Source: Candidatus Poribacteria bacterium
GTDB lineage: Bacteria > Poribacteria > WGA-4E > PCPOR2b
Length of the DNA stretch: 64,000 nt
Assembly (NCBI GenBank): GCA_965215015.1
Contig: OZ244042.1
Coordinates: forward strand, 3,872,001-3,936,000
Direction of reading: 5' to 3'
In this document: piece after piece, positions 47,922 to 57,771 of the stretch
Numbering within the stretch: the first letter of the stretch is position 1
Layout of the letters: every line of letters starts with the position of its first letter
Notes under the pieces: generated by a model
The model's input: the letters and a program-made list of their open reading frames with translations, nothing else
Database searches by the model: none
What the model was told of the DNA's origin: nothing
Translations under genes and position numbers: made by a program

Positions 47922-48938
47922 ATGATCCGCGAAACAATCCAAAAAGTTGTCGATGGACAAGACTTAACCGAGCGTGAAACGGTTGACACCATGAACGAAA
48001 TTATGAGCGGCGAAGCGACACCGGCCCAAGTTGCTTCGTTCATCACTGCTCTCCGAATTAAGGGCGAAACGATTAAAGAAATCACCGGTGCGGCGCGTGT
48101 CATGCGTGAAAAATCGACGAAGATTCTCACCAAGCACCCTTTTGTCGTCGATACTTGCGGCACAGGCGGAGATGGGGCGCATACGTTCAACATTTCAACG
48201 ACCGCGGCGTTTGTTGTGGCGGGAACAGGCATTCCGGTGGCGAAACATGGTAACCGAGCCGCTTCAAGCCAGAGTGGGGGTGCTGACGTCCTCAAAGCGT
48301 TGGGCGTAAACATCGAAATCGGACCTGAACAGGTTGGAGCGTGTATTGATGATGTGGGAATCGGTTTTCTCTTTGCTGTTACATTGCACGGCGCGATGAA
48401 GTATGCGATCGGGCCCCGCCGAGAGATTGGTATCCGGACAATTTTCAATGCGCTCGGTCCGCTCACAAATCCCGCTGGCGCACAAGCGCAGGTCCTTGGC
48501 GTCTACGCGCCGGTACTGACAGAGTCCTTGGCGCATGTCCTTAAGAATTTTGGGACTCGGCGTGCGTTTGTCGTGCATGGCGGAGACGGTTTGGACGAAA
48601 TCACAACGACGACGACGACTCAGGTTTCGGAGTTGGCAGATGGTGCAGTCAATACATACACGCTTGATCCGACGGAATTGGGCATCCCAACGGCCCAACC
48701 TAACGACCTCAAAGGTGGAACGCCAGAGGAAAACGCAGAAATGACGTTGAGCGTCCTGAGCGGCGAAAAGGGTCCCAAGCGAGATATTGTATTGCTCAAT
48801 GCAGCGGCGGCGATTGTTGCGGGTGAGAAAGCAGAGTGCCTCATAGCGGGACTCGCAACGGCAGCCGAATCTATTGATTCCGGGCGGGCGTTAGAAAAAT
48901 TGGATGGGTTGAAGGCTAAATCGAATGAGGCGTTTTAA
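47922..48938 (+). CDS. trpD: Anthranilate phosphoribosyltransferase
   Basis: DTCGTGGDG..TFNIST, KHGNRAASS, RTIFNALGPLTNP, DGLDEI; SD GAGGAG before ATG 47922. Confidence 0.97.
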   Translation: MIRETIQKVVDGQDLTERETVDTMNEIMSGEATPAQVASFITALRIKGETIKEITGAARVMREKSTKILTKHPFVVDTCGTGGDGAHTFNISTTAAFVVAGTGIPVAKHGNRAASSQSGGADVLKALGVNIEIGPEQVGACIDDVGIGFLFAVTLHGAMKYAIGPRREIGIRTIFNALGPLTNPAGAQAQVLGVYAPVLTESLAHVLKNFGTRRAFVVHGGDGLDEITTTTTTQVSELADGAVNTYTLDPTELGIPTAQPNDLKGGTPEENAEMTLSVLSGEKGPKRDIVLLNAAAAIVAGEKAECLIAGLATAAESIDSGRALEKLDGLKAKSNEAF

Positions 48939-49038
48939 TGTTGAGTGGCATCTGATTTTCTGCTAGAATCTCGGCATTGCTGTCTATTGCCAATATATGG
49001 TGCGCTTTGAAAGAGGAATGAAAAAAGGGGGAATTCAA

Positions 49039-49977
49039 ATGGCTCAATTATCTAAAGCAACCCTCGGACGGACGGGCCTTGACGTGACTCGCTTGAGTTA
49101 CGGTGCGATGGAGATACGGTCAGAGTGGGCCGGCAACGACGATCGTCCACTGACCGAAGCACAGGCAGAGACTGTCCTTAATACGTTGTTAGATGCCGGA
49201 ATCAACTTCATTGATACCGCCGACTGTTACGGTCACAGTGAAGAGTACATCGGCAGATTTATCTCCCACCGCCGCGATGAATATTATTTGGCGAGCAAGT
49301 GTGGCTGCCACCCAGATCACGGGCAGAAGCACTTGGGTTGGGTCGGCAAAATTTGGACCAAGGAGAACGTCCACCGCGGTGTGGATGAAAGTCTGAAGCG
49401 GTTGAAAACGGACTATCTTGATGTGATGCAATTCCACGGTGCAACGGTAGAAGATTGCGAGAAAGGGGCTGTAATCGATGCGCTGAACGAGGCACGAGAT
49501 CAGGGAAAAGTGCGCTGGATCGGTACATCGTCCGCCCTTGAACATAAACCGACCTTTCTGGAATGGGGCTCGTTTGATGTATTTCAGCTCGGATATTCGG
49601 CACTTGACCGCACGACCGAAAATTTTATCACCGAGGCAGCAAACGTGGGGACTGGGATGATTATCCGAGGGGGTGTGGCACAGGGCGAACCGGGGGAAGG
49701 TAGAGGAAATGCTGACAGATGGCAGCAGACGTTCAACGAGACAAAGTTGGATGAACTTCGTGAAGAGAGCGAAAGTCGTACTGCGTTTATTTTACGCTTT
49801 ACCCTTAGCCATCCGCATGTTCATACTACTATTGTGGGAACGCGAAGTGTTGACCATCTGCTTGAAAACGTCCGAACCGCTGAACGGGGGCCATTGGCAC
49901 CGGATGTTTACGCAGAGGCAAAGCTTCGTCTCGATGCAATCGGGATGACCCCGGCGGAATCGCTTGAAAAGGCGTAG
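49039..49977 (+). CDS. Aldo/keto reductase
   Basis: LGRTGLDV, GINFIDTADCYG, SLKRLKTDYLD, GKVRWIG. Confidence 0.92.
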   Translation: MAQLSKATLGRTGLDVTRLSYGAMEIRSEWAGNDDRPLTEAQAETVLNTLLDAGINFIDTADCYGHSEEYIGRFISHRRDEYYLASKCGCHPDHGQKHLGWVGKIWTKENVHRGVDESLKRLKTDYLDVMQFHGATVEDCEKGAVIDALNEARDQGKVRWIGTSSALEHKPTFLEWGSFDVFQLGYSALDRTTENFITEAANVGTGMIIRGGVAQGEPGEGRGNADRWQQTFNETKLDELREESESRTAFILRFTLSHPHVHTTIVGTRSVDHLLENVRTAERGPLAPDVYAEAKLRLDAIGMTPAESLEKA

Positions 49978-49981
49978 TTGT

Positions 49982-50252
49982 CTAGGTTCTGTTGACATTT
50001 GGCAGCATGTAGGTTGAGTTGAACGGCTAAAACAAATCCTTATCAGGGACAATAGAGGTGCTGCCTTTTGATAACACTGTCTTATAAACAGATGAAGTGA
50101 GACCCAACTGGATAAGGACTTCAGTCGAGGTATAAATCTCGACCTACGGGCATTGGCTTGGACGAGTGAGTTGGCGAGGAAACCTTGCCCCCACAATTGG
50201 GGACTTCTCATCGAATTATGAACAAACCTCGCATAAATGTCTACACGCCCTA
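49982..50252. mobile_element. MITE with IS5-like ends carrying a REP palindrome
   Basis: CTAGGTTCTGTTGACATTTG...AAATGTCTACACGCCCTA; REP at 50124-50143. Confidence 0.55.
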
Positions 50253-50387
50253 AGTAGTTGGCTTCGATTGCTGCGGGTGGAACAAGTTTCCTAACCTATT
50301 ATCTGTTCGCGAGTTGGAAAAACCCGAGGGCTTTGCGCGATTTCTTAACATGAGCGTTTTTCTTTTAATATCGGAGGATTATAATCA

Positions 50388-51233
50388 ATGATGCTAGGTG
50401 CACATGTTTCCGCCGCTGGCGGTTTGCACAATTCAATTCGGAACGGGGAAAAATTGGAATGTGAAGCTATCCAAATTTTCCTGAAAAATCCGAACCGCTG
50501 GGTTGGCAAAGAGCCCGCCGAATCGGACATAGAACAATTTCGGGAGGCATGGAATGCGTCTGACATTGTTCGGGAGGGGCTTGTCCACGACATCCACCTA
50601 ACCAACCTCGCCTCTCCCAAGCGGGATGTCCTTGAGAACTCTCGTGAACAGTTTCGTTCACAAATGGAGCTCGCAGATTCCTGTGGGCTTCAGTATATCG
50701 TGACCCATCTAGGGGCACATCTCGACACCGGAGAAGCGGAGGGTTTGAAGGTATTGAGCGATAGTTTAAATGAACTCTTTGAGCAAACGGCGGGTGGAAG
50801 CGTTATGGTCTTATTGGAAACAACAGCCGGACAAGGGACAAATCTGGGATACTGTTTTGAGCACCTGCGTGAAATTATTGATGAATCGAAACGTCCTGAG
50901 CGATTGGGCGTCTGTTTCGATACCTGTCACGTCTTCGCGGCGGGATACGATTTGCGAACAGAAGATGATTATCACCGGACGTTTGATCAATTCGATCAAA
51001 TTGTCGGGTTGAATCGGTTGCTTGCGTTCCATCTCAACGATGCAAAATCGCAGTACGGCAGCCGGGTCGATCGCCACGAACACATCGGCGAAGGCAACAT
51101 CGGGATAACACCTTTCCAACTGCTTGCTAATGACCCCCGTTTTGAGAATACCCCAATGGTTATCGAAACGCCAAAGATGAAAACGATGCACGCCACCAAT
51201 CTTGGGGTGTTGAGAGGGTTAGTGAAAAATTGA
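50388..51233 (+). CDS. nfo: Endonuclease IV
   Basis: GAHVSAAGG, LETTAGQG, CFDTCHVFAAGY, HLNDAK, DRHEHIG.G, IETP. Confidence 0.96.
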   Translation: MMLGAHVSAAGGLHNSIRNGEKLECEAIQIFLKNPNRWVGKEPAESDIEQFREAWNASDIVREGLVHDIHLTNLASPKRDVLENSREQFRSQMELADSCGLQYIVTHLGAHLDTGEAEGLKVLSDSLNELFEQTAGGSVMVLLETTAGQGTNLGYCFEHLREIIDESKRPERLGVCFDTCHVFAAGYDLRTEDDYHRTFDQFDQIVGLNRLLAFHLNDAKSQYGSRVDRHEHIGEGNIGITPFQLLANDPRFENTPMVIETPKMKTMHATNLGVLRGLVKN

Positions 51234-51234
51234 T

Positions 51235-51414
51235 ATGGCCATAGGTCCTTTAGAAATTCTGATTCTGCTCATCGTTTTTCTGGGCATCCTTCTTATTTCC
51301 CGTCGTCAAACCAAGCGGATTTGTCCCCGATGCGGTTTTGCAATCCGGTCGTATACCGCTGAGTGCCCTGAGTGCGGGATGATTTTTCCGAGGAAGGAAA
51401 GGGCCCATTCATGA
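51235..51414 (+). CDS. 59-aa membrane-anchored zinc-ribbon protein (absent from the ORF track)
   Basis: MAIGPLEILILLIVFLGILLISRRQTKRICPRCGFAIRSYTAECPECGMIFPRKERAHS; starts 1 nt after the nfo stop, stop overlaps the next ATG (ATGA). Confidence 0.8.
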   Translation: MAIGPLEILILLIVFLGILLISRRQTKRICPRCGFAIRSYTAECPECGMIFPRKERAHS

Positions 51415-52175
51415 AGATCACGTTTCTCGGTACAGGCACATCGCACGGTGTTCCGATGATTGCTTGTCATTGTGCTGTCTGTCGGTCAAAAGACCCCAAA
51501 AATCACCGTACCCGTTCCTCAATTGTTATAACCCTTGACAACGACAAAAACATCCTTGTGGATACCTCACCGGAGCTTCGGCTTCAAGTTATCCGATGCG
51601 GCATTGACCACATCGATGCCATCCTTTTTACCCACGCGCACGCAGACCACCTGCATGGGCTTGATGATGTCCGTGCGTATTCTGAGATTCAAGGTGCCTC
51701 TATCCCTTGTTACGGCAACCCCGGAACCCTTGACCGTCTCAGCACTGTTTTTGAATATGCCTTTCGGCTTCAGCACCTCGGCGGTGGTATCCCGCAACTA
51801 GAACTGGTAATGATTGATGGCCCATTTCAGCTATTTGGTGTTGAATTTGTTCCCGTTGACCTGCTACATGGAAAGACGGAGGTGCTCGGCTTTCGGATTG
51901 GTGATTTTGCCTACGCTACGGACTGCAACCAGATTTCACCGCCTTCAATGGATTTGCTGAGCAATCTCGAAGTTCTGGTGCTTGATGCCATCCGATGGGA
52001 GCCACCGCATCCGACTCATTTCACAATTCCAGAATCGTTGAAAATTGTGAAACAACTCAATCCCAAACAGACCTATTTTACGCACATGACCCATGATGTG
52101 GAACATCATTCGACGAATGCACTCCTACCCGAAAATGTCCAGCTTGCCTATGACGGTTTGGTAGTGGAAGTTTAA
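51411..52175 (+). CDS. PhnP-like metallo-beta-lactamase-fold hydrolase
   Basis: FLGTGTSHGVP...C.C..C, THAHADHLHG, YATDC, HPTH, THMTH, AYDG. Confidence 0.9.
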   Translation: MKITFLGTGTSHGVPMIACHCAVCRSKDPKNHRTRSSIVITLDNDKNILVDTSPELRLQVIRCGIDHIDAILFTHAHADHLHGLDDVRAYSEIQGASIPCYGNPGTLDRLSTVFEYAFRLQHLGGGIPQLELVMIDGPFQLFGVEFVPVDLLHGKTEVLGFRIGDFAYATDCNQISPPSMDLLSNLEVLVLDAIRWEPPHPTHFTIPESLKIVKQLNPKQTYFTHMTHDVEHHSTNALLPENVQLAYDGLVVEV

Positions 52176-52244
52176 GGACAGCGGAAATAGATGGAAGGTA
52201 TGCGTCAAATACGATGCCTATTTCCGCTTGCAGAAGGGAGATAC

Positions 52245-53105
52245 ATGAACCGCCATCCATTACTAGATGTTGAACGCATTGAGCAGATGCCGGACGTTTA
52301 TCTCAATGCTGTAGGTCGTGTCTTTGCAGTTTTCGATGGATGTACCCAGGATTCGGGAAACATATCCTACGGGGTACAAACCACGCAGGGACGCTATTTC
52401 GTAAAGACAGCAGGGCACACCGATGATCCAAATCCCTTTCTGAGACATTCTGAGAGGGTTTCGCTGCTCCGAAACGCGATCCGGCTGCAGCAGAATTGCA
52501 ATCATCGTACCCTGCCCCCTCTACATCAGGTAATAGAATCGCCGAGCGGCCCGCTGCTTGTCTATCAATGGGTCGATGGTGAGCTGATTAGGGTGGATGC
52601 TGCGGGGCGCAACGACCCGCAATCGACCTTTCAGCGTTTCCGACGGCTCCCGTCCCCTGAGATAATACGCGGTCTGAATCTTGTCTACGAGTTGCACCAC
52701 CAACTTGCACAGCTAGGGTGGATTGCTGTCGATTTTTACGATGGCTGCATAATCTACGACTTTGACCATCAAAATTTACATATTGTAGATCTAGACCATT
52801 ACTGTGAAGGCCCGTTTGTGAACGAGATGGGGCGGCTGTTCGGTTCGTCGCGTTTCATGGCTCCCGAGGAGTTTGAGCGGGGTGCGCTCATTGATGAACG
52901 CACCACTGTGTTCACTATGGGGAGAACTGCAGCTGTGCTGCTATCAGACGGTACGTTGGACCGTCCTCCGTTTCGTGGAAGCGACGCCCTGTACGAGGTG
53001 GTTCGCCGCGCCTGCTGCGATGATCGGGAGAAACGATACGACTCGATGGCCTCTTTTTTTGCTGCGTGGATGGACGCGCGTATTGCTGAGTCATTGCCAC
53101 ACTGA
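52245..53105 (+). CDS. Protein kinase-like protein (Ser/Thr kinase/APH fold)
   Basis: YFVKTAG, VDFYDGCIIYD, VDLD, GSSRFMAPEE; SD AAGGGAG before ATG 52245. Confidence 0.78.
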   Translation: MNRHPLLDVERIEQMPDVYLNAVGRVFAVFDGCTQDSGNISYGVQTTQGRYFVKTAGHTDDPNPFLRHSERVSLLRNAIRLQQNCNHRTLPPLHQVIESPSGPLLVYQWVDGELIRVDAAGRNDPQSTFQRFRRLPSPEIIRGLNLVYELHHQLAQLGWIAVDFYDGCIIYDFDHQNLHIVDLDHYCEGPFVNEMGRLFGSSRFMAPEEFERGALIDERTTVFTMGRTAAVLLSDGTLDRPPFRGSDALYEVVRRACCDDREKRYDSMASFFAAWMDARIAESLPH

Positions 53106-53229
53106 ACGGCCTAACGGATAGCCTATTTGGTTGCTGGTCCCTAGAGTAAATCTTAACTACTATGAATGCACTGCCAAGTGATTAGGGAGACGAATAGCAG
53201 GTGAACTGTGTTACCAACCACACTTTCGA

Positions 53230-53660
53230 GCTCTCGCCGCCGTCAATCGGAAACGGCGAATTGTTGTAAACCACCAAGTAGACAGCTTATTGTGCGCCGT
53301 TGAACAGGGATTGACTGTTGAGCAGATCATGCTGTATGAGTTCGCATTTGCCGACGCGTCGGGCAGTCACATTGAAGCACAGTGGTGATCACTCGATAAT
53401 ACCTTTCCACTAGAGAGACGACCACTGATAGATGAGACAAGTCCGTCGGTGTCAGGCTATGTGAGTTCAGAGCGCGTCAAGGTCTTCCTGCAATGGGTGG
53501 AGGACGGGGTCAACATTGCCGAAGTTTACATTGAGGAAACAAAGAAACGGGAGATCGAATGCTTCTATACCTATCGGCTTAACAAGGGGCCGCACACGGA
53601 GCATCGTGAATTAGCAGAAGCGCGTCCAGATTGGCTAATCACAGGCGAGCGGATGCATTT
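53230..53660 (+). pseudogene. Truncated gene resembling family-10-like glycosyl hydrolase N-termini, with in-frame TGA at 53386
   Basis: AVNRKRRIVVNH...AQW*SLD...ECFYTYRLN...RPDWLI in one frame; no clear start, ends early. Confidence 0.5.
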
Positions 53661-53826
53661 TTCAACCATGAATCGCTGCGAATCTTCGCCAATTGCTATT
53701 CACACGAGCCGACAGATTTCCCGAACGTTCAATCGTTTCTCAATCCGTGCCATCCGCTTCATCAGTTTAATCCGAGATTGAAACAATACTTATGAGCATC
53801 GCTCACATACCTAGCAACTCGGATTA

Positions 53827-54543
53827 TTATACCGGAATCATCTTTCTTACACCGTTTTCGTACCGAACTTCATAATCGCTTTTAGGTACAGGTATAGCGC
53901 GGATAGCTAGCTCTTCTTGGGTAATCAAGGGTTCGGAAAGCATGAGCAGGTCATCCAAGGATTCTTGAGGCGTTTTCCCAGTGGTGTCAACCACAATTTT
54001 GCGGCCCTTCTGGGTAAAGAGCGATTTTTCAATCTCCTCCTCGAAACGCCGTTTGACCTCCCCAATATCCGCTTCTTTGATAATTTGGTACTCGTGTGGG
54101 TCTGCCTGCATCCGCTCCCGGATTGCCTCATCACCGGCGGTTACATGAATCAAAACCACATTGGGCAAGCGGGCTTCAAACACCTGCGCCTCGTAAATCC
54201 GTTGTGCTGAATATGAGTAATTCTTATAGTAGGGGTTGTCCGGATCGTCGCCGTACATGTCTGAGTAGACCGCTTCTTCGATATGCCAGCCCGCAATCAG
54301 GGTGTTCGGATAATTCCTGATAACTTCAATATGGTACTGAATCTGCATCCGTTGCGAGCGTTCTTTAACATCATCGGGAAAATTGACCATCAACGCTCGT
54401 GATTCTGGACTCAAAGAGGCGTCCGGAAGGGTAAAATGGTCGTCTCCGTGAACGGGTAGTCTGCGCTGTCGATAGTAGGCGTCTAGCAGCTTAATTAGCG
54501 TTGATTTTCCAGCGTATTCAATACCGACAAAGACACATCGCAT
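53827..54543 (-). CDS. P-loop NMP-kinase-like protein
   Basis: VFVGIEYAGKST Walker A, VLIHVTA...IRERM, VDTTGKTPQE. Confidence 0.75.
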   Translation of the reverse strand: MRCVFVGIEYAGKSTLIKLLDAYYRQRRLPVHGDDHFTLPDASLSPESRALMVNFPDDVKERSQRMQIQYHIEVIRNYPNTLIAGWHIEEAVYSDMYGDDPDNPYYKNYSYSAQRIYEAQVFEARLPNVVLIHVTAGDEAIRERMQADPHEYQIIKEADIGEVKRRFEEEIEKSLFTQKGRKIVVDTTGKTPQESLDDLLMLSEPLITQEELAIRAIPVPKSDYEVRYENGVRKMIPV

Positions 54544-55006
54544 AATGAAAACTCCTTTCTTACTCTAAGAGTCAAACTTTTTCACATGTTAGTTCTTAAT
54601 AAGAGTACAAAGTTTGACTCTCAATTCTGTAGTGACGGGTTTATAGTTATTAAAGGAACAATTCGTATGAGAGAGAGCCCGAATTTCATAGAGGCACGCC
54701 CATGAATCATCCGCTAAGCCCTATAAAATCTGCGATTCTATGGCGAATGATTATAGCACGATTCGATTATAAGATCTATCACTATTTTGCTAATTTAATC
54801 CAAGTTGCTGGTGGCGCACCGCGCGATAGAATTGATTTCTATACCTGTTAGATTGGGCATCTTGTCTGACCGTGGCAGGTGTCGAGATTCATACCTTGAC
54901 TAAATGTCTGCATCAATGAACAGATGAACTAACGGTTATCGTTGGTTTTCGGAACTTACGAGACCGTGGTTCCCGATCCGATTGGGGCAGCGTTTTGCCC
55001 TCTCTT

Positions 55007-55954
55007 TCAATACCCCTTCTGTTTATCCACGCGGTTGACTAACGGTTCGCCTTTGATATAGCGGTGCAGATTATCAACAAACAGGCGCATCGCACGCGCC
55101 CGCATGTGCTGCGAGGCCCCCGCACTATGAGAAGTCAAAATCACATTCGGTTCCGTCCATAGCGGGCTATCCGCCGGACACGGCTCGATGTAGGTAACAT
55201 CCAATCCCGCACCAGCGAGTTTGCCGCTGCGGAGTGCCGCAATCATAGCATCCTCATCAATGACTTTGCCGCGACTAACGTTGACAAGATAACTTCCCTC
55301 CGGCAGAAGATTAAACTGTTCGTGCGATAGAAGTTTGTGGGTTTCAGGGGTGCTTGGACAACAGACCATCACGACGTTAGATTGTGTCATAAATTCTGAA
55401 AGCCAATCCAGTTTGCCAAGTACATCAACACAATCCGGCTTGTCCATTGATTCCGGATCAACTGCGATAACCTTAAACTCAAATGCCTTTGCCCGTGCTG
55501 CGATCGCTCGACCGATACCGCCAAGTCCCAAAATTCCCATGGTCATCCCCGCCAATTCGATGCACGGGACCCGATCCCAATGTTTCTCCTTCATAAATTC
55601 CAGCTGTGCCGGAATGCTACGGGTCAGGGAAAGCAACAGCGCGAAGGCATGCTCAGAAATTTGAAGGCCGTACAGTTTTTGACAGTTGGTCAAAATTACG
55701 TCGCTTGCCTTGAAGGCCGGATACATCGTACCTTCGACGCCTGCCGAAGGTTGCTGCACCCAGCGCAACGATTTGGCTTGGGGTAGGTCTGCTTCACGGA
55801 TACCGCCGTAGATAATCTCGGCATCTGCAACACGATCCGCCAACGTCTCGCCCGGTGCTAGGAACTGAATATCTACCTCCGGCGGGACATCTTTGAGTAT
55901 CGCTTCGACGGAGGGATCTTCACGTCTTGCCATTAACACTTTACGTTTGGCCAT
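55007..55954 (-). CDS. D-2-hydroxyacid dehydrogenase
   Basis: GILGLGGIG, VNVSRG, AGAGLDV..EP, ILTSHSAG. Confidence 0.93.
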   Translation of the reverse strand: MAKRKVLMARREDPSVEAILKDVPPEVDIQFLAPGETLADRVADAEIIYGGIREADLPQAKSLRWVQQPSAGVEGTMYPAFKASDVILTNCQKLYGLQISEHAFALLLSLTRSIPAQLEFMKEKHWDRVPCIELAGMTMGILGLGGIGRAIAARAKAFEFKVIAVDPESMDKPDCVDVLGKLDWLSEFMTQSNVVMVCCPSTPETHKLLSHEQFNLLPEGSYLVNVSRGKVIDEDAMIAALRSGKLAGAGLDVTYIEPCPADSPLWTEPNVILTSHSAGASQHMRARAMRLFVDNLHRYIKGEPLVNRVDKQKGY

Positions 55955-56164
55955 AATCAATTCCTTTCATGTTTAGTTTGTATTCAACAGATTAACAACA
56001 TCTGGCTTTATGTGTTACAATCTTCTCTCTAAGATGTGAGAAATTTGGCTCAGTTAACAAGCTGATATCAGCTAACAACCCTAAACCGGCTCCAGCAATA
56101 CCTTCTTCACCTCCATTGAAAAAGGATTAGCAACGCAACATCCAGTTAGATAGGAAAATTTAAT

Positions 56165-57202
56165 CTATCCAATGGTAACCTTTCGTTGCTCTTTGGCACT
56201 ATCGTAAAGGGCGTCAAGGATTTTCATGAACGTATAGGCATCTGCAGCAGAGACGTCCGGCTCAACCTCCCCAGCGATTGCCATTGCGAAATGCTCAATC
56301 TCGTAAAAGAAAACGGGTCGGGGCTCCGGGGGGTTGCTATGCTTTATATCTAGCGGTTCATCAATCTCCTCCCGGATAAACTCACTATCTTTGTGCCGGA
56401 AAACCCCTCCGCCTGTAATTGCACCGGTACTGCCATAAAGTTCAATGATTGTCGGTGTAGGGGTATGCACCATTCGTGAGCAATCAATCTGAATCGTTTT
56501 CCCTCCCTCCAAACCGACCAATCCAGTGAAGTAGTCATCAGCAGCACCTTCGGGGCCATCGTATGCCGGATAGACCACATGCTTAGCACCAAACGCCCAC
56601 TCCGGCTTCGGACATCCCATCCACCACCACGCCAGATCTAATTCATGGGAATAGTGCTGCCCTAACGCTCCTCCTTTCTGACCGTATACATGCAGCCAAC
56701 GATAGTTGTCATTCAGTGGCGGGATATGATTGTATTTCCCAAAGATCCGGGCGTGATAAGGATTTCCAATCTTACCGCTAAGTACCGCCCGGCGAATCTG
56801 CCGATTATTAGGGAAGTGGCGCATGAAATAGCAAAATTGCAGGGTCCTGTCTGCCGCTTTCGCTGCATCCGCTATCTCTGTAATCTCCGTTGCCCGTATC
56901 GCATGAGGCTTTTGGACTAACACATGCTTACCCGCAGCGAGTGTCTCAAGCACCATTGGCAGGCGCACATCGGGGGCAGTACCAAGGTACACCGCATCAA
57001 TGTCGCGATTTTCAAGAACCTCCCGGTAATCGGTGTAGACGCGCGGCACAGAATATTCCTCGGCTACCTTTTCACGCCGAGCAGAGTCAAGGTCTGCGAG
57101 CGCAACGGTAGTCATGCGCGACATTACAGTGGTTGCGAAAATCGTTTGTCTACCTGTAAACCCGCAGCCGACGACACCAAGTTTGATTGGCTGACTTGTC
57201 AT
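56165..57202 (-). CDS. Gfo/Idh/MocA family oxidoreductase
   Basis: LGVVGCG, AGKHVLVQKP, GKIG, HELDLAWW. Confidence 0.88.
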   Translation of the reverse strand: MTSQPIKLGVVGCGFTGRQTIFATTVMSRMTTVALADLDSARREKVAEEYSVPRVYTDYREVLENRDIDAVYLGTAPDVRLPMVLETLAAGKHVLVQKPHAIRATEITEIADAAKAADRTLQFCYFMRHFPNNRQIRRAVLSGKIGNPYHARIFGKYNHIPPLNDNYRWLHVYGQKGGALGQHYSHELDLAWWWMGCPKPEWAFGAKHVVYPAYDGPEGAADDYFTGLVGLEGGKTIQIDCSRMVHTPTPTIIELYGSTGAITGGGVFRHKDSEFIREEIDEPLDIKHSNPPEPRPVFFYEIEHFAMAIAGEVEPDVSAADAYTFMKILDALYDSAKEQRKVTIG

Positions 57203-57464
57203 GAACCTTCCTCCTCTATTGTAAAGGATAACGAGGGTTTAGTTGAGTGCTTAGTAGGGAATAGCGATCGTTGCTCCCTATACCGTTCCCACTAGTGTGG
57301 TAGGGACAAAAGGTAAAAATTCAAGGAATAACAGGCATCACGTAACGAAACCCGACGTAGGGACTGGGGCTCTTCGGAGGATACGGCTTACGATTAGCGG
57401 CCCGCTAGCGCATCCCACGCCACAGCGATACGGAGGATCTTCAAGCCTTCTGGTTCCAAACCGC

Positions 57465-57730
57465 TTGTTAGGCCTCTGTTAGGGCTTGCCCTAACAATCT
57501 TGCCCTATCAGACTCCTGAAAATCAATCAGGATTTAAGGATTCTCAGGATTAACCGCTGTTAGCGGCACGCTAACAAGCGAGGATTTTCAAACGCCTGTT
57601 GGCGCGCCTGATAAGCGGCACAGAGGCCTAACAATCCTCCTGAAAATCCTTTAATCCCGTCTGTTAGCGGCACGCTAACAGGCGTAAAATCCTGATTCAG
57701 ACAAGCTTTAATCCTGATTATGATTCAGAC
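57465..57730. repeat. Cluster of TGTTAG...CTAACA palindromes and AATCCTGATTCAGAC-type repeats
   Basis: TGTTAGCGGCACGCTAACA at 57558 and 57662; TGTTAGGGC..GCCCTAACA at 57477; inverted pair TTGTTAGGCCTCTG (57465)/CAGAGGCCTAACAA (57621). Confidence 0.75.
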
Positions 57731-57771
57731 ATTTAGAATAATAGATGTAGGTAAGCTTATCTAAAGGAATT

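Noticed and set aside
53386-53388. In-frame TGA as selenocysteine or recoding
   Set aside because: Context W-*-S fits a TGG>TGA nonsense change; the gene is also truncated, and TGA serves as a normal stop elsewhere in the window
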